A stretch of 64,000 bases of DNA, taken from positions 63,674,001-63,738,000 of the forward strand of contig OX597830.1 in the NCBI GenBank assembly GCA_951406725.2, read 5' to 3'. The notes under the pieces were generated by a model. The model was given only the letters and a program-made list of their open reading frames with translations. It had not been told where the DNA came from and searched no databases. The DNA comes from Octopus vulgaris. Taxonomy: Eukaryota. Every line of letters starts with the position of its first letter. Position 1 is the stretch's first letter. Positions 27,868 through 42,737 of this stretch are shown piece by piece. Position numbers and translations under genes: made by a program.

Positions 27868-28436
27868 TAGGGTTGTCCGGAAAGTTCGTGCCAATTTATA
27901 GTAGCTAGCTTACCTTTCGACTTTTTTAAAACATGATTGAGTCCATAAAATAGGATTTGACTACACGTCCATTTAGAGCACAGTTTAAGCTATCTTTTCG
28001 TGGAACAAAGATTATGTTCCTATAACCTGTGTTAATTCTGTAATCCTTTAGAATGGAAGATAAGAAAGTTCATTTTCGGCACTTGATGCTTTGGGAACCA
28101 GACAAAAATTGCTACAGCTCGGTCGGGATGTGTTACCCCACCCTCCATGTTCACCAGATATTGTTCCTTCGGATTTCCACTTATTCAGCTCTCTGTAGAA
28201 TAGTCTTAATGGTAAAAATTTCAATTCCTTGGATGACGCAAAAAGATACCTTGATGAATTCTTTGCCATGAAACCACCTCAATTCTGGGAAGAGGGTATT
28301 TTCGAGTTAAAGGAAAGATGGCGACGCATTGTGCAACAAAATGGTTCATATTTGGTTGATTAAAAATGTAATGGCCAGTATTTATTGACCTTTTACTTTC
28401 CTTTAAAAATCGGCATAAACTTTCCGGACAACCCAA
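27868..28436 (+). mobile_element. Mariner internal-deletion derivative
   Basis: TIRs gggttgtccggaaagttcgtgccaattt / aaatcggcataaactttccggacaaccc within TA context; N-terminal MEDKKVHFRHLML joined to C-terminal LPHPPCSPDIVPSDFHLF..ERWRRIVQQNGSY. Confidence 0.92.
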
Positions 28437-28545
28437 TATATATATATATACACTCACATACATACATGCATACATACATGTATGTACAGATGTGTGATGT
28501 GTGTGCATGTGTACGTGTGCGTGTGTGTACGCGCGCGTATAGGGC

Positions 28546-28720
28546 AGCGAATCGGCAGAAACGTTAGGGGATCTGACAAAAATACCTTCCAGTCTTTCTT
28601 TTGGCTCTTTATATTCTGAGATCTAATCCAGCCGATGTCTATTTTGCTCTTCATCCTTTCGGGGTCAATAGAAAGAAGTACCAGCTAAGTACTGGAAGCG
28701 ATGTCTAAGGATCTCCATCT
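28546..28720 (+). mobile_element. SINE family C, diverged
   Basis: gcgaatcggcagaaacgttag..ttcatcctttcggggtcaatag..agtaccag. Confidence 0.6.
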
Positions 28721-28745
28721 CAAAAACTGTTGACTTTGTAACTGA

Positions 28746-28878
28746 ACCAACCATATGGTTCCGGGTTCAGTCCTACTGCGTGGCACCTTGGGCAAGTGTC
28801 TTCTACACTATAGCCTCGGGCCGACCAAAACATTGTGAGTAAATTTGGTAGACGGAAACTGAAAGAAGCCTGTCTTAC

Positions 28879-28939
<61 letters not shown>

Positions 28940-29141
28940 TCCCCCACAACATCGCTTGGCAACCGATGCTGGTGTGTTTACGTTTCCGTAACTTAGCGGT
29001 TCGGCAGAAAGAAACCGATAGAATAAGTGCTAGGCTTACAAAGAATAAGTCCTGGGGTCGATTTGCTCGATGAAAGGCGGTGCTCCAGCATGGTCGCAGT
29101 CAAATGACTGGAACAAGTAAAAGAATAAAAGAATAAAAGAA
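28746..29141 (+). mobile_element. SINE family A
   Basis: Family A layout; 5' end truncated. Confidence 0.88.
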
Positions 29142-29179
29142 TGTGATATATAAAGGAGCAACAACATATTTTAAGGTCT

Positions 29180-29740
29180 ACATGAGAGTGTGTTCAACCG
29201 GCGACGCATGATTAAATCAGACCATGCAGTCACGGTCGAGTGTCTGACGCTGCTGACTGTTGACGAGTTCACATAAATAGTTAGCAGTATCTCAAGAATC
29301 GACCTCTTCGGCGATGAGATCAACACTGAAATGTCCAAAATCAGCACCACATTTTTGGTAAACTTTGAAAGAACTTCTGTGTCAAGAAGGGTTTCAGTAC
29401 ACAAACAAAGTTGAAGGTCTACAGCGCTATTCTTAAGCAATATTTGTTGTGTCTCAATCAGACATGGAATGTTTACAGACGGCTAGCCAAAATGCTTAAT
29501 ATAACCCGCCAGGGTTGCTTACAGAAAATATCTTGCAAATTCTTTTGCATAGCAAGGTATGAGACCCTGAGGTCAACAGCTACACAGTGTCGTCTATCAT
29601 CCAGTCTCCTACTGAAAGCTCAACGTCCATGGCATATTTACATTGCCAGAATTGGTGAGGAACGCCTTTCCGAAACGTCTGATCTAAAGCAAGTATATAA
29701 GCGAAAAACGTCCGATCGGTGGACTCTGAAGAACTCTGAA
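29180..29740 (+). pseudogene. Decayed RTE-clade LINE RT C-terminal fragment
   Basis: VDEFT..SSIS..DEINT..KLKVYSAIL..LL...TWNVYRR resembles the RTE/BovB post-RT region. Confidence 0.55.
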
Positions 29741-30217
29741 GAACTCACTAAAGCTTTGTTGTTGATTCATAGTTTAATTTTGATAAAAGCAAAGCAACCC
29801 CTGATCGAAGGGCGTTCCAGCGGTGACCATCCCGTCTGTCCTCAAATATAGGATTACATTTTTATTTATATCCTTTGCTTATTTTAAGACGCCGTGCTGT
29901 GATTGGAGAGCTTCGTTGCTATTTCTGATCGATCAAGTAAATGAGGGGCTGATTGAGGACGGGATAAACTTACCTGAGGCCAAAATTAACCCACGAAGGA
30001 CAAAAGGCTGCATCAAATAGAACAAACTATCGATGAACATGTGTGATCGATGACAATGTGTGATTGAAAGTAATTTGTGAAATGTTCGATTTCGAATCGA
30101 TTGCTAACGATGTAAATAATGTGGTCTCTGTGTTTGTGTATAAGAGTGTGTATGTGTGTGTGCGCGCATGTGTGTATCTATTTACATAATTGTACACAAC
30201 CACACATATACATATAA

Positions 30218-30293
<76 letters not shown>

Positions 30294-30301
30294 CATGCAT
30301 G

Positions 30302-30341
<40 letters not shown>

Positions 30342-30678
30342 CATACATTCGTATATGCGTGTATATATATTTATATATATATATATATATTTATATATGT
30401 ATGTATGCATATGTATATGCGTCTGCATGAATGCTGATATACATATATATGTACGCAAATATATATATATATATACATACACACACATATATATGCACAT
30501 ACACACACATATATAAACACACACACACACATATATATGTATATACATATATACATATATACTTATACACACACACACACACACATACATATATACATAT
30601 ATATATATATACATACACATACATACATATATATATATATGTATACATACATATATATATGTATGAGTGTATATATAG

Positions 30679-30718
<40 letters not shown>

Positions 30719-31176
30719 GCATATATATCGCTGAGCACACACGCGTACGTATATATCTTAGCACACACACACACATGCATAAGCAAATGACAAGAACACA
30801 CACATATAGACATATTACTATCGTAGAGAAACACCTATAAATGAGTTAAGGCGATTCTCTCGAGAATATCATCAAAGACACCAAAGAGCACGTCAGGTGG
30901 CTTCGATATATTCTAGGGAAGAGAAGCGGGTGGGGTGGGGTGGGGGGAGAATTATTCATAAAGTATTGGTAACTAAATATGTAGAGAAAGAGAAAGAAAT
31001 ATATAAAATACAAACTGCAAATGCCGTAAGCTGATCTTGATTGTCGTATTGCAATAGCGTAAAATCATATCTTGCGTTGTGTTGGAGGGTTGTTACACTG
31101 TTTTAATTAGTATATATGTAGGTGTGTGTATATGTGTGCATGTATGTATGTATGTATGTATGTATGTATGTATGTA

Positions 31177-31207
<31 letters not shown>

Positions 31208-31401
31208 GTATGTATATGTGTGTGTGTATGTATATATTTTTATTTTTTTATTTATCTAGTTTCAGCTCACAAGCTGTGGCCATGCTGGGGCACCGCCATT
31301 TATATATATATATATATATGTATATGTATGGGTGCAGGTACCTATATATATGTGTGTGTATCTGTCTATCTATCTATACATCTATCTATCTATCTATCTA
31401 A

Positions 31402-31438
<37 letters not shown>

Positions 31439-31761
31439 AGTCTGTCTGTCTGTCTGTCTATCTATTTACCTATTTGAATATATGTATGTATATACCTATG
31501 TATGCATGCACACGCACACAAAAACAGACACTGACAGACAAACACACACGCACAAACACGCACACACATATATCTGTATATATAATACAGATATGTATAT
31601 ATGTAGATATATGTACATACTTGTGTGTATCTATGTGTGTGTGTGTGTATACATATATATATTTATATTTTATATATGTATATACATTTATGTAAACTCA
31701 CAAACACACATACACACACATAAATACTTGCGCATATGTATATACATATATATATACATAC

Positions 31762-31828
<67 letters not shown>

Positions 31829-32289
31829 CATATATATATATTTGCATATATATGCATGTATGTATGTATTTCTGTGTGTATGTGTATGTATGCATGTATA
31901 TACATGTAAAGAAACGTACATCAACAAATGGCTATCGTCTGCCAGGAGAGTAATTATTGTGCTGAGGTGATTTCTAGGTTAAATGAAAGAATCTCCCAAG
32001 AATTCGCCTTGCTGCCATTAAAGGAGATAAACGGCCAATAATATACATATATGCGTGTAGTGTGTGCGTGTGTTTGTGTATGTATGTACACACACACACA
32101 TATATACACACGCACATACGCGCAATAAGTGTGGAGGGACGAAACAAGTGACGATTTGTGATTTAATCGAATGCGACAGGATGTCGTAAATGTAACGCAG
32201 TGAGTCGAAAACCTTCGAGCAATACTGTGATTATCCCAGTCACTATTAAATACAATGCTCCTGTATTGATTTCAGGTTCCTTGCTACGC

Positions 32290-32760
32290 TCATGTGTCTT
32301 GCTTCCATGACTAAATACGAGTTTCAGTAGATCTGGTTATGACCCAAAGAGTACGACCGCGAATACAAGTGACCAAAATGGGGTTCTTCCGAACGACCTC
32401 AGGAGTAACGTTTTCGACATGCTACGTAGCTTGACGATTAAGAAGTCTCTCAAGATTGAGCCGCTGCTTCTCTGCAGTGAGAGGTCATAGCTACGGTACC
32501 ATAGACATGCAATTAGAATGTCAAAGGAAGGAATCGCTAGACAGATTCTTCAAACCGAGCCAGCCTGCATGAGATCTAGGGGTTGATCAAGAACGAGATG
32601 GACGGATAATATTCATACTCCCTGCTTGACGCGCTTGGAAATCCAAGCAGATAATGTAATGAAAGTTGCTTGTGATAGGACCTTAGGGAGAAGGTACATA
32701 ATGACTCTATCTCAGCCACCCTCTTACGAATGGGTGGGGAAAATGAAAGGATGGATGGAC
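32290..32760 (+). pseudogene. Decayed RTE-clade LINE 3' end
   Basis: SLKIEPLLLCSERS*LRYHRHAIRM..RSRG*SRTRWTDNI followed by a (GGAT)n tail. Confidence 0.65.
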
Positions 32761-32943
32761 GAATAACTGGTTTGCTGTGAATTCAAGAAACTTGTATCCT
32801 CTGCTGCTGGCTCTAAGGAAGGCTTCTTTCATGTGCAAAAGATTAGCCTGAAGTGCCTATGATCAGCTTCGAAACATCTGGTAATCACGTATTTCAAGGT
32901 CAATAAGGTTGGCCTTCTTCAGGGTTTGTATCAAACACATTCA

Positions 32944-33363
32944 TTTCTTATTTCTTTATTGCCCACTGCAGGATAAACATAGAGGGGACAAACAAGGACA
33001 GACAAAGGAATTAAGTCAATAATATCGACCCCAGTGCATAACTGGTACTTAATTTATCGCCCACGAAAGGATGAAAGGCAAAGTCGACCTCGGAGGAATT
33101 TGAACTCAGAACGTAACGGCAGACGAAATACCTATTTCTTTACTACCCACAAGGGGCTAAATACAGAGGGGACAAACAAGGACAGACAAACGGAATTCAG
33201 TCGATTACATCGACCCCAGTGTGTAACTGGTACTTAATTTATCGACCCTGAAAGGATGAAAGGCAAAGTCGACCTCGGCGGAATTGGAACTCAGAACGTA
33301 ACGGCAGACGAAATACCCCTAAGCATTTCGTCCGGCGTGCTAACGTTTCTGCCAGCTCGCCGT
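32944..33363 (-). mobile_element. SINE family C, tandem-duplicated body
   Basis: One head followed by two body units of about 185 bp. Confidence 0.88.
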
Positions 33364-33433
33364 CTTCAAACGCATTCATTTCTATGGAACCGAATCCTGG
33401 ACTACGAACGAGAAGTTTCCAGTTTGTGTAGAT

Positions 33434-33784
33434 CAGTGATCCTCAACCGGGGATCATTTGGTCCCTGAAGGTCCATATAAATTTTGGGGGTTCTACACAA
33501 GAAGGTAGTAAGTTGGGTATCCAGAATAGAATGTTAAGGGCGCTTGAGAAATTTTGCTGTAGATGTATCTATTGGTATGTATTGCAAGAAACAGCTTGAT
33601 TTCTTTCTCTAACGTTTTACAGAGTTCAACCTACACAACAAGTTAATGTGTGAAAAACAAAATAGGAATTTTAAAAGAAGTTTCTATAAAACTAGCTTTT
33701 AAACATCGATTGGCTATGGAGGTCCACGAGAATAAAAGAGTAATTAAAGGGTTCCATAGATAAAAAAATGGTTGAGAATCCCAA
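33434..33784. mobile_element. Non-autonomous hAT element
   Basis: TIRs cagtgatcctcaacc / ggttgagaatcccaa; 8-bp TSD gtgtagat at 33426-33433 and 33785-33792. Confidence 0.85.
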
Positions 33785-34259
33785 GTGTAGATAGTAGGTT
33801 ACACTTGGATTCGCATATGTCCTCAAAACATCTCATTACAAGAGCAAAAGCCTAAGGGGAGATGCATTCCACCTATTTCTATGATCGTTGCTCAACACAG
33901 TAGGTTTTACTGGCCACAGCCATCGTGCTGGATAACATGCCATATCAGATGTTACAGTTTAGAGGCTTTTGTTCCCTGACAGAGAATGAAGACCAATCAA
34001 CTCTATTGATACTCAACATGGAACTGAGGATGTTTCAGAACGAATGGAGGACAGAGATTTCTGACATGTTTCAGTTGCGATCGTTTGAAGAAAATCTAAA
34101 AGCGACAAGCAAGGGAGTTAACTCGAATAAGAACAGTTGACAAAAATTTTTGGACAATATAAACAGCGTATCTGATGCAACATTCCCAGTCTATATTCTC
34201 TAAATCTTTCGACCAACTGATGTGATTGAAGTTGTTTCCTTTGTCTTTAGATTTTAAAC

Positions 34260-34650
34260 GTGGAGGCGCAATGGCCCAGTGGTTAGAGCACCGGATTCGC
34301 GGTCATAGGATCGCGGTTTCGATTCCCAGACCGGGCGTTGTGAGTGTTTATTGAGCGAAAACACCTAAAAGCTCCACGAGGCTCCGGCAGGGATGGTGGT
34401 GATCCCTGCTGTACTCTTTCGCCACAACTTTCTCTCACTCTTACTTCCTGTCTCTGTTGTACCTGTATTTCAAAGGGCCGGCCTTGTCACTCTCTGTGTC
34501 ACGCTGAATATCCCCGAGAACTGCGTTAAGGGTACACGTGTCTGTGGAGTGCTCAGCCACTTACACGTTAATTTCACGAGCAGGCTGTTCCATTGATCGG
34601 ATCAACCAGAACCCTCGTCGTCGTAACCGACGGAGTGCTTCCATAAAAAG
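34260..34650 (+). mobile_element. SINE family B, full length
   Basis: 11-bp TSD agattttaaac at 34249-34259 and 34651-34661. Confidence 0.92.
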
Positions 34651-34994
34651 AGATTTTAAACACCACTATATGGTCATTTTGTTGACTAATTTCTCGAATA
34701 ATCTCAACTGATCGAGGTTTTTTAAACTCACAACATTATATATATGCGATCCTGCCGTATACTTGTGTGTAGAAAGCTCAATATTTCCCCGAGGTATTCA
34801 TAATCAGTGTCACTATATTTCTTGAAATATATATATTTAAACATATTTGGAGAATAAAAATCAGAAAAGTATAATTACACATACATTGAGTTGTCTGCGA
34901 AATTTTCCCGTTTCCTTCCATTTAATTTGAATTAAGACGAAGAATATTTTTAAATTGCTGCATTTCGGTGTCGATTATTTTCCGTAGCTCTTCC

Positions 34995-35224
34995 TTTTAC
35001 TCTTTTGCTTGTTTCAGTCATTTGACTGCGGCCATGCTGGAGCACCGCCTTTAGTCGAGCAAATCGACCCCAGGACTTATTCTTTTGTAAGCCTAGTTCT
35101 TATGCTATCGGTCCCTTTGCCGAACCGCTAAGTTACGGGGACGTAAACACACCACTATCGGCTGTCAAGCAATGTTGGGGGAGGGGGACAAACACATACA
35201 CAATCATACACATACGCACACACA

Positions 35225-35288
<64 letters not shown>

Positions 35289-35455
35289 TATATACGACGG
35301 GCTTTCAGATTCCGTCTACCAAATCCACTCACAAGGCTTTGGTCGGCCCGAGGCTATAGCAGAAGACACTTGCCCAAGGTGCCACGCAGTGGGACTGAAC
35401 CCAGAACCATGTGGTTGGTAAGCAAGCTACTTACCACACAGCCACTCCTGCGCCT
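34995..35455 (-). mobile_element. SINE family A, full length
   Basis: Complete head-to-tail layout on the minus strand. Confidence 0.9.
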
Positions 35456-35539
35456 ATTTAACTACTTAACTCCCTATTTAACTTTTGATTATCAATTTTG
35501 AAATCTGAATAAAATTTACCTCTTTTCAGGCATATGACG

Positions 35540-36150
35540 ATGAAGTGGTGAGCAGAAAAAAAAAAAAGAGCATTTTCCACGTTTTCTTCTCTTCGTTTTA
35601 AATCAAGGTTCCAAATCTGTCAAAGCCGCAAGAGACATTTGTGCAGTGTACGAAAAAGGCGTTTTTACCGAATGATATCTTTATATATAAAAGTAAGGTT
35701 GTGTGCTGTCTGTCTCCTACGATTTAGATTCCTAACTACTCCCACAAGTCTACGATTTAAAAAAAAAATTACCTTCAATTTTTCCCATTTTTAATGCATT
35801 TTTGGCATATATAAGGGAAGGAACTCTCTAAAAGTTTATTATTAAATCTCAGAACGTAAAAAGCTACAGTAACACCCCCCTTTGTGGTTAACCATATTGA
35901 GATGGCTATTATACTTTACATCTCTAAAAATGCTTATATAGTTATTTCCCTTACAAACCCGAGCAACGCCGGGCGATACTGCTAGTTACACATAAAAGGT
36001 TTCCTTGCTTCAACGAGGAGAAACCCAACGCAACAGACTCTTCGCGTTACAGAGGACCTGTTCAGGTGAATGTGGATCAATTGAGCAAGCACATCCACGA
36101 GGATCCGCACCCCAACCCACAAAGGAATACGCTCAGCAGTTGGGATGCTC
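35540..36150 (+). pseudogene. Mariner transposase N-terminal remnant interrupted by a Helitron
   Basis: KEHFPRFLLFVLNQGSKSVKAARDICAVYEKG, continuing after 35985 as RFPCFNEEK..DSSRYRGP; fits the mariner HTH region. Confidence 0.7.
35678..35985 (+). mobile_element. Non-autonomous Helitron (internally deleted copy)
   Basis: 5' TC, 3' hairpin cccgagcaacgccggg then CTAG, inserted between A and T, no TSD; near identical to 49602-49995. Confidence 0.88.
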
Positions 36151-36156
36151 TCATGA

Positions 36157-36390
36157 TACCTATTTCTTTACTACCCACAAGGGGCTAAACACAGAGGGGA
36201 CAAACAAGGACAGACAAACGGATTAAGTCGATTACATCGACCCCCCAGTGCGTAACTGGTACTTAATTTATCGACCCCGAAAGGATGAAAGGCAAAGTCG
36301 ACCTCGGCGAAATTTGAACTCAGAACGTAACGGCAGACGAAATACGGCTACGGATTTCGCCCGACGTGCTAACGTTTCTGCCAGCTCACC
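36157..36390 (-). mobile_element. SINE family C, monomeric
   Basis: Head plus one body unit. Confidence 0.88.
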
Positions 36391-36559
36391 GTCGCTCACC
36401 AACTTCACTTGATGTATAAGTTCCCAAAATTCGTTAAATTGCGTCAAATGGATGAGATTGGAGTACTCAATACATGTTCTAGAGCATGTTGTTAATTGAA
36501 ACTAATATTGATTGCAAATTTTGGCACAAGGCCAGCTACTTCGAGGAAGTAAAGTGCTC

Positions 36560-36700
36560 AACCGGTACGCATTTTATCGACTCCAAAAGGACGGAAGGCA
36601 AAGTCGACCTCGGCGGAATTTGAACACAGAACGAAAAGACGGACGAAATACCGCGAAATATTTTTCCCGGTGTGTTAACGATTCTGCCAGCTCGTCGCCT
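36560..36700 (-). mobile_element. SINE family C, partial
   Basis: aggcaaagtcgacctcggcggaatttgaac..ctgccagctcg. Confidence 0.75.
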
Positions 36701-36846
36701 TCTTTGGAACTAATATTGAACCTAATTCTTTGTCATGACTCGAAATATCCTTAGAATCTTCAGGCGTGAAGAGCACAGTGGCGTGAAACACAGTTCGTGA
36801 GATAAACGCTAAATCCATTCACACACACACACACAGATACATGTAT

Positions 36847-36929
<83 letters not shown>

Positions 36930-37259
36930 TATGTATCTGCGAACGTTTGTGTACAGACTTAAATGCATACGCACACACACACACACACACACTCTCTCTC
37001 TCTCTCTCTCACACACAAACACACACACACAAACACACACACACATGCACACGCCTAAATACATACATACATACATACATACATACATACATACCATACA
37101 TACATACATCCACACACACGTATTTGGACAGTAAAACTACACAAGCCAGTCACGTTGACAAGGAGCGGCAATTCACTTAACTAGTCACGTGATAGTGATG
37201 TGGAGAGTGTCAACACAAGCTAAAGTGGTTATACTATAACGATTGAGGGGGCAGACGAG

Positions 37260-38300
<1,041 letters not shown>

Positions 38301-38372
38301 CAATGCAATATAAAATATACTTAGGTGAGCTCATATATGGTTGATTAGATAGATTGATAGATAGATAGATAA

Positions 38373-38584
38373 GTTTCTTTATTGGCCACACAGGGCTGCA
38401 CACAGATGGGACAAGTTACAAGGTAGAGCTTTTCTTTTGAGGGATGAATAAAACAAAAAAAACAAAAGAAAAAAAAGGGGGGTGGCGTAGGTTTTCGATC
38501 AAGAGGGATCGTAAAAGGGAAGAAAAGAACAAAAAAAAATAAATAAAATAAAAAATAAAAAGAATAAAAAGAAAAAAAAAGAAA

Positions 38585-38681
<97 letters not shown>

Positions 38682-38735
38682 CGGATGGATGGATGGATAG
38701 ATGGATGGATGGATGGATGGATGGATGGATGGATG

Positions 38736-38778
<43 letters not shown>

Positions 38779-38823
38779 GGATGGATGGATGGATAGATGG
38801 ATGGATGGATGGATGGATGGATG

Positions 38824-38865
<42 letters not shown>

Positions 38866-39120
38866 CGGATGGATGGATGGATGGATGGATGGATGGATGG
38901 ATGGATGGATAGATAGATAGATATGTTTCTTTATTAGCCACACAGGGTTGAACGCAGAGGGGACAAATTACAAAGTAGAGCTTTTCTTTTTGGGGAGAAA
39001 AAAATAAAAATAAAAAAATAAAAAAAATTTTTAAACATTAAAAAAAAATAAAAGAGGGGTAGGTTTTCGACCAAAAGGGATCATAAAAAAAGAAAGAAAG
39101 GTTGGGAGATCGGGTGATGG
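38373..39120 (-). mobile_element. Two related retroelement-like 3' ends (38373-38580 and 38925-39120) embedded in a (GATA)/(GGAT) array
   Basis: Both start gtttctttatt(g/a)gccacacaggg..ggacaa.ttacaa.gtagagcttttctttt and abut (GATA)n. Confidence 0.6.
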
Positions 39121-39222
39121 ATAAATAGATAGATAGATAGATATATAGATCGATAAATAGCTAGCTAGATAGATTGATTGATGAATAGATTGACAGATAG
39201 ATATTTAAATAGATAAATAGAT

Positions 39223-39321
<99 letters not shown>

Positions 39322-39546
39322 CACAGATATATATATATATATTCCATATAAAACTAGTGTACATTTAAACACAAAAAGAGGTGATCCTTAACAGGCCGCC
39401 TTACATGCTAGAAGGACCAGTCAAAACGTCCCAAACCACCAATTTTATATGGAAAATATGTTGTCTATTGACTTTTTATGCATGCTAGGCCACTGATAGT
39501 GAAATTTCTAAAACGTTGTTACCCCATATAATTTTAAGTAAATATA

Positions 39547-39604
<58 letters not shown>

Positions 39605-39605
<1 letters not shown>

Positions 39606-39754
39606 TTTATTTTAAGCAGCAGAAAATTCAACAAAATCTGTTACTCTGAGTTTCTCGTTGCCGTTCATCAGACAGAGCAAAAACTGTCTGATGAACGGCA
39701 ACGAGAAACTCAGAGTAACAGATTTTGTTGAATTTTCTGCTGCTTAAAATAAAG
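39605..39754. repeat. Perfect 71-bp-arm palindrome (inverted PLE-like terminus)
   Basis: 39605-39675 is the exact reverse complement of 39684-39754; 8-nt spacer; flanked by (TA)n. Confidence 0.95.
39684..39721 (+). ncRNA. Type I minimal hammerhead ribozyme (mirror copy at 39638-39675 on the minus strand)
   Basis: ctgt-CTGATGA-a cg gcaa cg a-GAAA-ctcagag-TA-acag; intact core, GUA cleavage triplet, GNRA loop in helix II. Confidence 0.78.
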
Positions 39755-39824
39755 CATATTACTCTACCACTGGTATTTGAGTACTCTTTTTTCCACCTTG
39801 TTTCACATTTATCTGTTTACTCCG

Positions 39825-39914
<90 letters not shown>

Positions 39915-40006
39915 GTAGATATATATGTAGTATTTTCCCAAAAAAACGCATTTTGTCCATTATGTACAGCTGCATTTGGAGCAATATTTTCAACATACAT
40001 ACATGC

Positions 40007-40081
<75 letters not shown>

Positions 40082-40214
40082 GGTCTATCTATTCTAACAC
40101 ATGTACATACCTACAATCTTTATATTCAACTTAATTCGAGTACACTTGAAAAACGGCATAAAACTGTGGATGAGTGGATGGAGAAAGAATTGTATATATA
40201 TATGTATGTATGTA

Positions 40215-40283
<69 letters not shown>

Positions 40284-40288
40284 ATATG

Positions 40289-40343
<55 letters not shown>

Positions 40344-40675
40344 GCATATATATATATATGTATATATATATATGTATATATATATATGTATACATACATA
40401 TATATATGTGTGTGTGTATATATATATATATATACAAACACACTACATACATAAAGGGAGAACTGATGGGTAGGTAGATGTAGTTAGATATAAATATAGA
40501 CATCCGCCCACACACCTGTACGCGTATGTGTGTGTGTGTGCTTGCGTGCGTTTATGTGTGTGTATGTGTGAGAGAGAGAGAGAAATAAAGATTATGCACG
40601 TGCTTGTTTGTGTATGTATCTATCTAAATATATATATATATATATAAATATATGTGTGTGTGTGTGTGTGTGTAT

Positions 40676-40881
40676 CTTTTATCTTTGACTTGCTTGAGTC
40701 ATTAGATTGCGGCCAAGCTGGAGCACCGTTTTGAAGAATTTTAGTCGAACAAATTGATACCAGGACTTATTTCTTTTAAAGCCCAGTGCTTATACTCTTT
40801 TGCCACCCCGATGAGTTACGGGGTCATAAACACACCAACACCGGTTGTTTAGCGATGGAGAGTGGCAACCACACATACACG

Positions 40882-40939
<58 letters not shown>

Positions 40940-41093
40940 TAGATGGGCTTCTTTCAGTTTCCGTCTACCAAATTCACTCACACGGCTTTGGTCGGCCCGA
41001 CGCTATCGCAGAAGACACTTACCCAAGGTACCACGCAGTGACACTGAACCCGGAGCCATGTGGTTGGGAAGCCAGCTTCTTACCACACAGCCA
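40676..41093 (-). mobile_element. SINE family A
   Basis: Reverse complement of family A layout. Confidence 0.82.
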
Positions 41094-41156
41094 TACACAA
41101 ACATCCTTATTAACATCCTTATTTATCTATGCTTGCATAGATAGATATGGATATTT

Positions 41157-41660
41157 ATCCATCCATCCATCCATGCATCCATTCATTTATCCATCCACCC
41201 ATCCATCTATCCATCCATTCATCCATTCATTTATCCATCCATCCATCCATCCATCCACCCATCCACCCATCCATCCACCCATCCATCCATCCATCCATCT
41301 ATCCATCCGTCCGTCCGTCCGTCCGTCCGTCCGTTCATTCATCCATCCATTCATCCCTACCTCCATCCCCCCCATCCCCCCATCCGCCCGTCCGTCCATC
41401 TGTCTGTCCGTCTGTCCCTCCCTCTTTCCCCCCCTCTTTCCCTCCCTCTTTCCCTCCATCCATCCATCCCATCTATCCATCCATCCATTCGTCCGTCGGT
41501 CCGTCGGTCCATCCGTCCGTCCGTCCACATGTCCGTCCATCCATCCTATCATCCCTCCCGCCATCCCTCCCTCCATCCCTTCATCCGCCCGTCCGTCAGT
41601 CTGTCCGCCCATCTGACCATCCATCTATCCATCCATCCATCCATCCATCTATCCATCCAT
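41157..41660. repeat. Degenerate (TCCA)/(TCCG)n array
   Basis: Directly visible. Confidence 0.9.
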
Positions 41661-42229
41661 ACAAATACTCGCTCACCCTTATATGAGATTGAAAGAGATT
41701 CAAGAGATTTAAGATATTGTAGTTCTGTGTGCGCCGGCATTTGCTTGTGTGTGTAGATATATATATATATATATATATATAGTGTGTGCTCATGTGTGCA
41801 TGGGGATTGAGTATGCGTGCGTGTGTGTGAGTGTGTGTATGTATATATGAGTGATTCTCTAACTCTGCATGTGTGATAATGCATGTGCGTGTGTGCATAT
41901 GTGTGTATGTATATAAATGTACGTATGTGTATATCAATATCATACGTGGGCGGATGTGTCACTGCGCACGTAGAACGATACAATACGTGTTAGGAGTAAG
42001 TATGCGCGTGCGTCGAACTGAAGTGACGAAAGAGTGGGTCGTCCAATCAAAGTTTTCCGCACGACCTATCATTATCCTTGCTGTGTGTCCCCATCACTAA
42101 CTTATCCACTTTCTTCTTCGGTGTTTTCCTTATTCATCGTAAAATGTTAATCAACTTTATTCAGTAATATTGCACGCTTTCCACACTCACCGATACACAA
42201 AACACAAGAGGGACGGCGGGGTGGAGTGG

Positions 42230-42284
<55 letters not shown>

Positions 42285-42307
42285 TGTGTGTGTATATATA
42301 TATATAT

Positions 42308-42737
42308 AAACTTAGATAAACTTAGATATGTTTCGACCAAAGATTGGTCCAGGCCATGTCTAACTTAATAGCACCACCTGATAGGATTATCTAAATCCTG
42401 TTTAAGTCAAGTTTTGTCTATGGTCCATTCAAGTAGTGAGTTTTTGTTGGGTGAGTTGTATCCAATTATGGGTGGCTTATCTGGTATTCTTTGAAGGAAT
42501 CTATCCAGACTCCGTTTAAAGTTGATGGGATCCTTTTCCTCTTTGATGTCTTTCGGGACAATGTTAAATAGGGCAGGGCCTGTTGAGGAAAAGAAATTAT
42601 GTTGCAGTGTACATGTATGTTGTGATCTTGAATTAAGCAGGGGACGTATGGCCTGTGGTCCCAGTCTTGGATGAACCTTGAAGCTAATGTTCAGGTCGTT
42701 CGGGCAAAGTTGACGGTATATAGTCCACATCGTACAA

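Noticed and set aside
33810-34240. piggyBac transposase C-terminal remnant (minus strand)
   Set aside because: Only a weak LSLLDF-like word; too decayed to support without BLASTX
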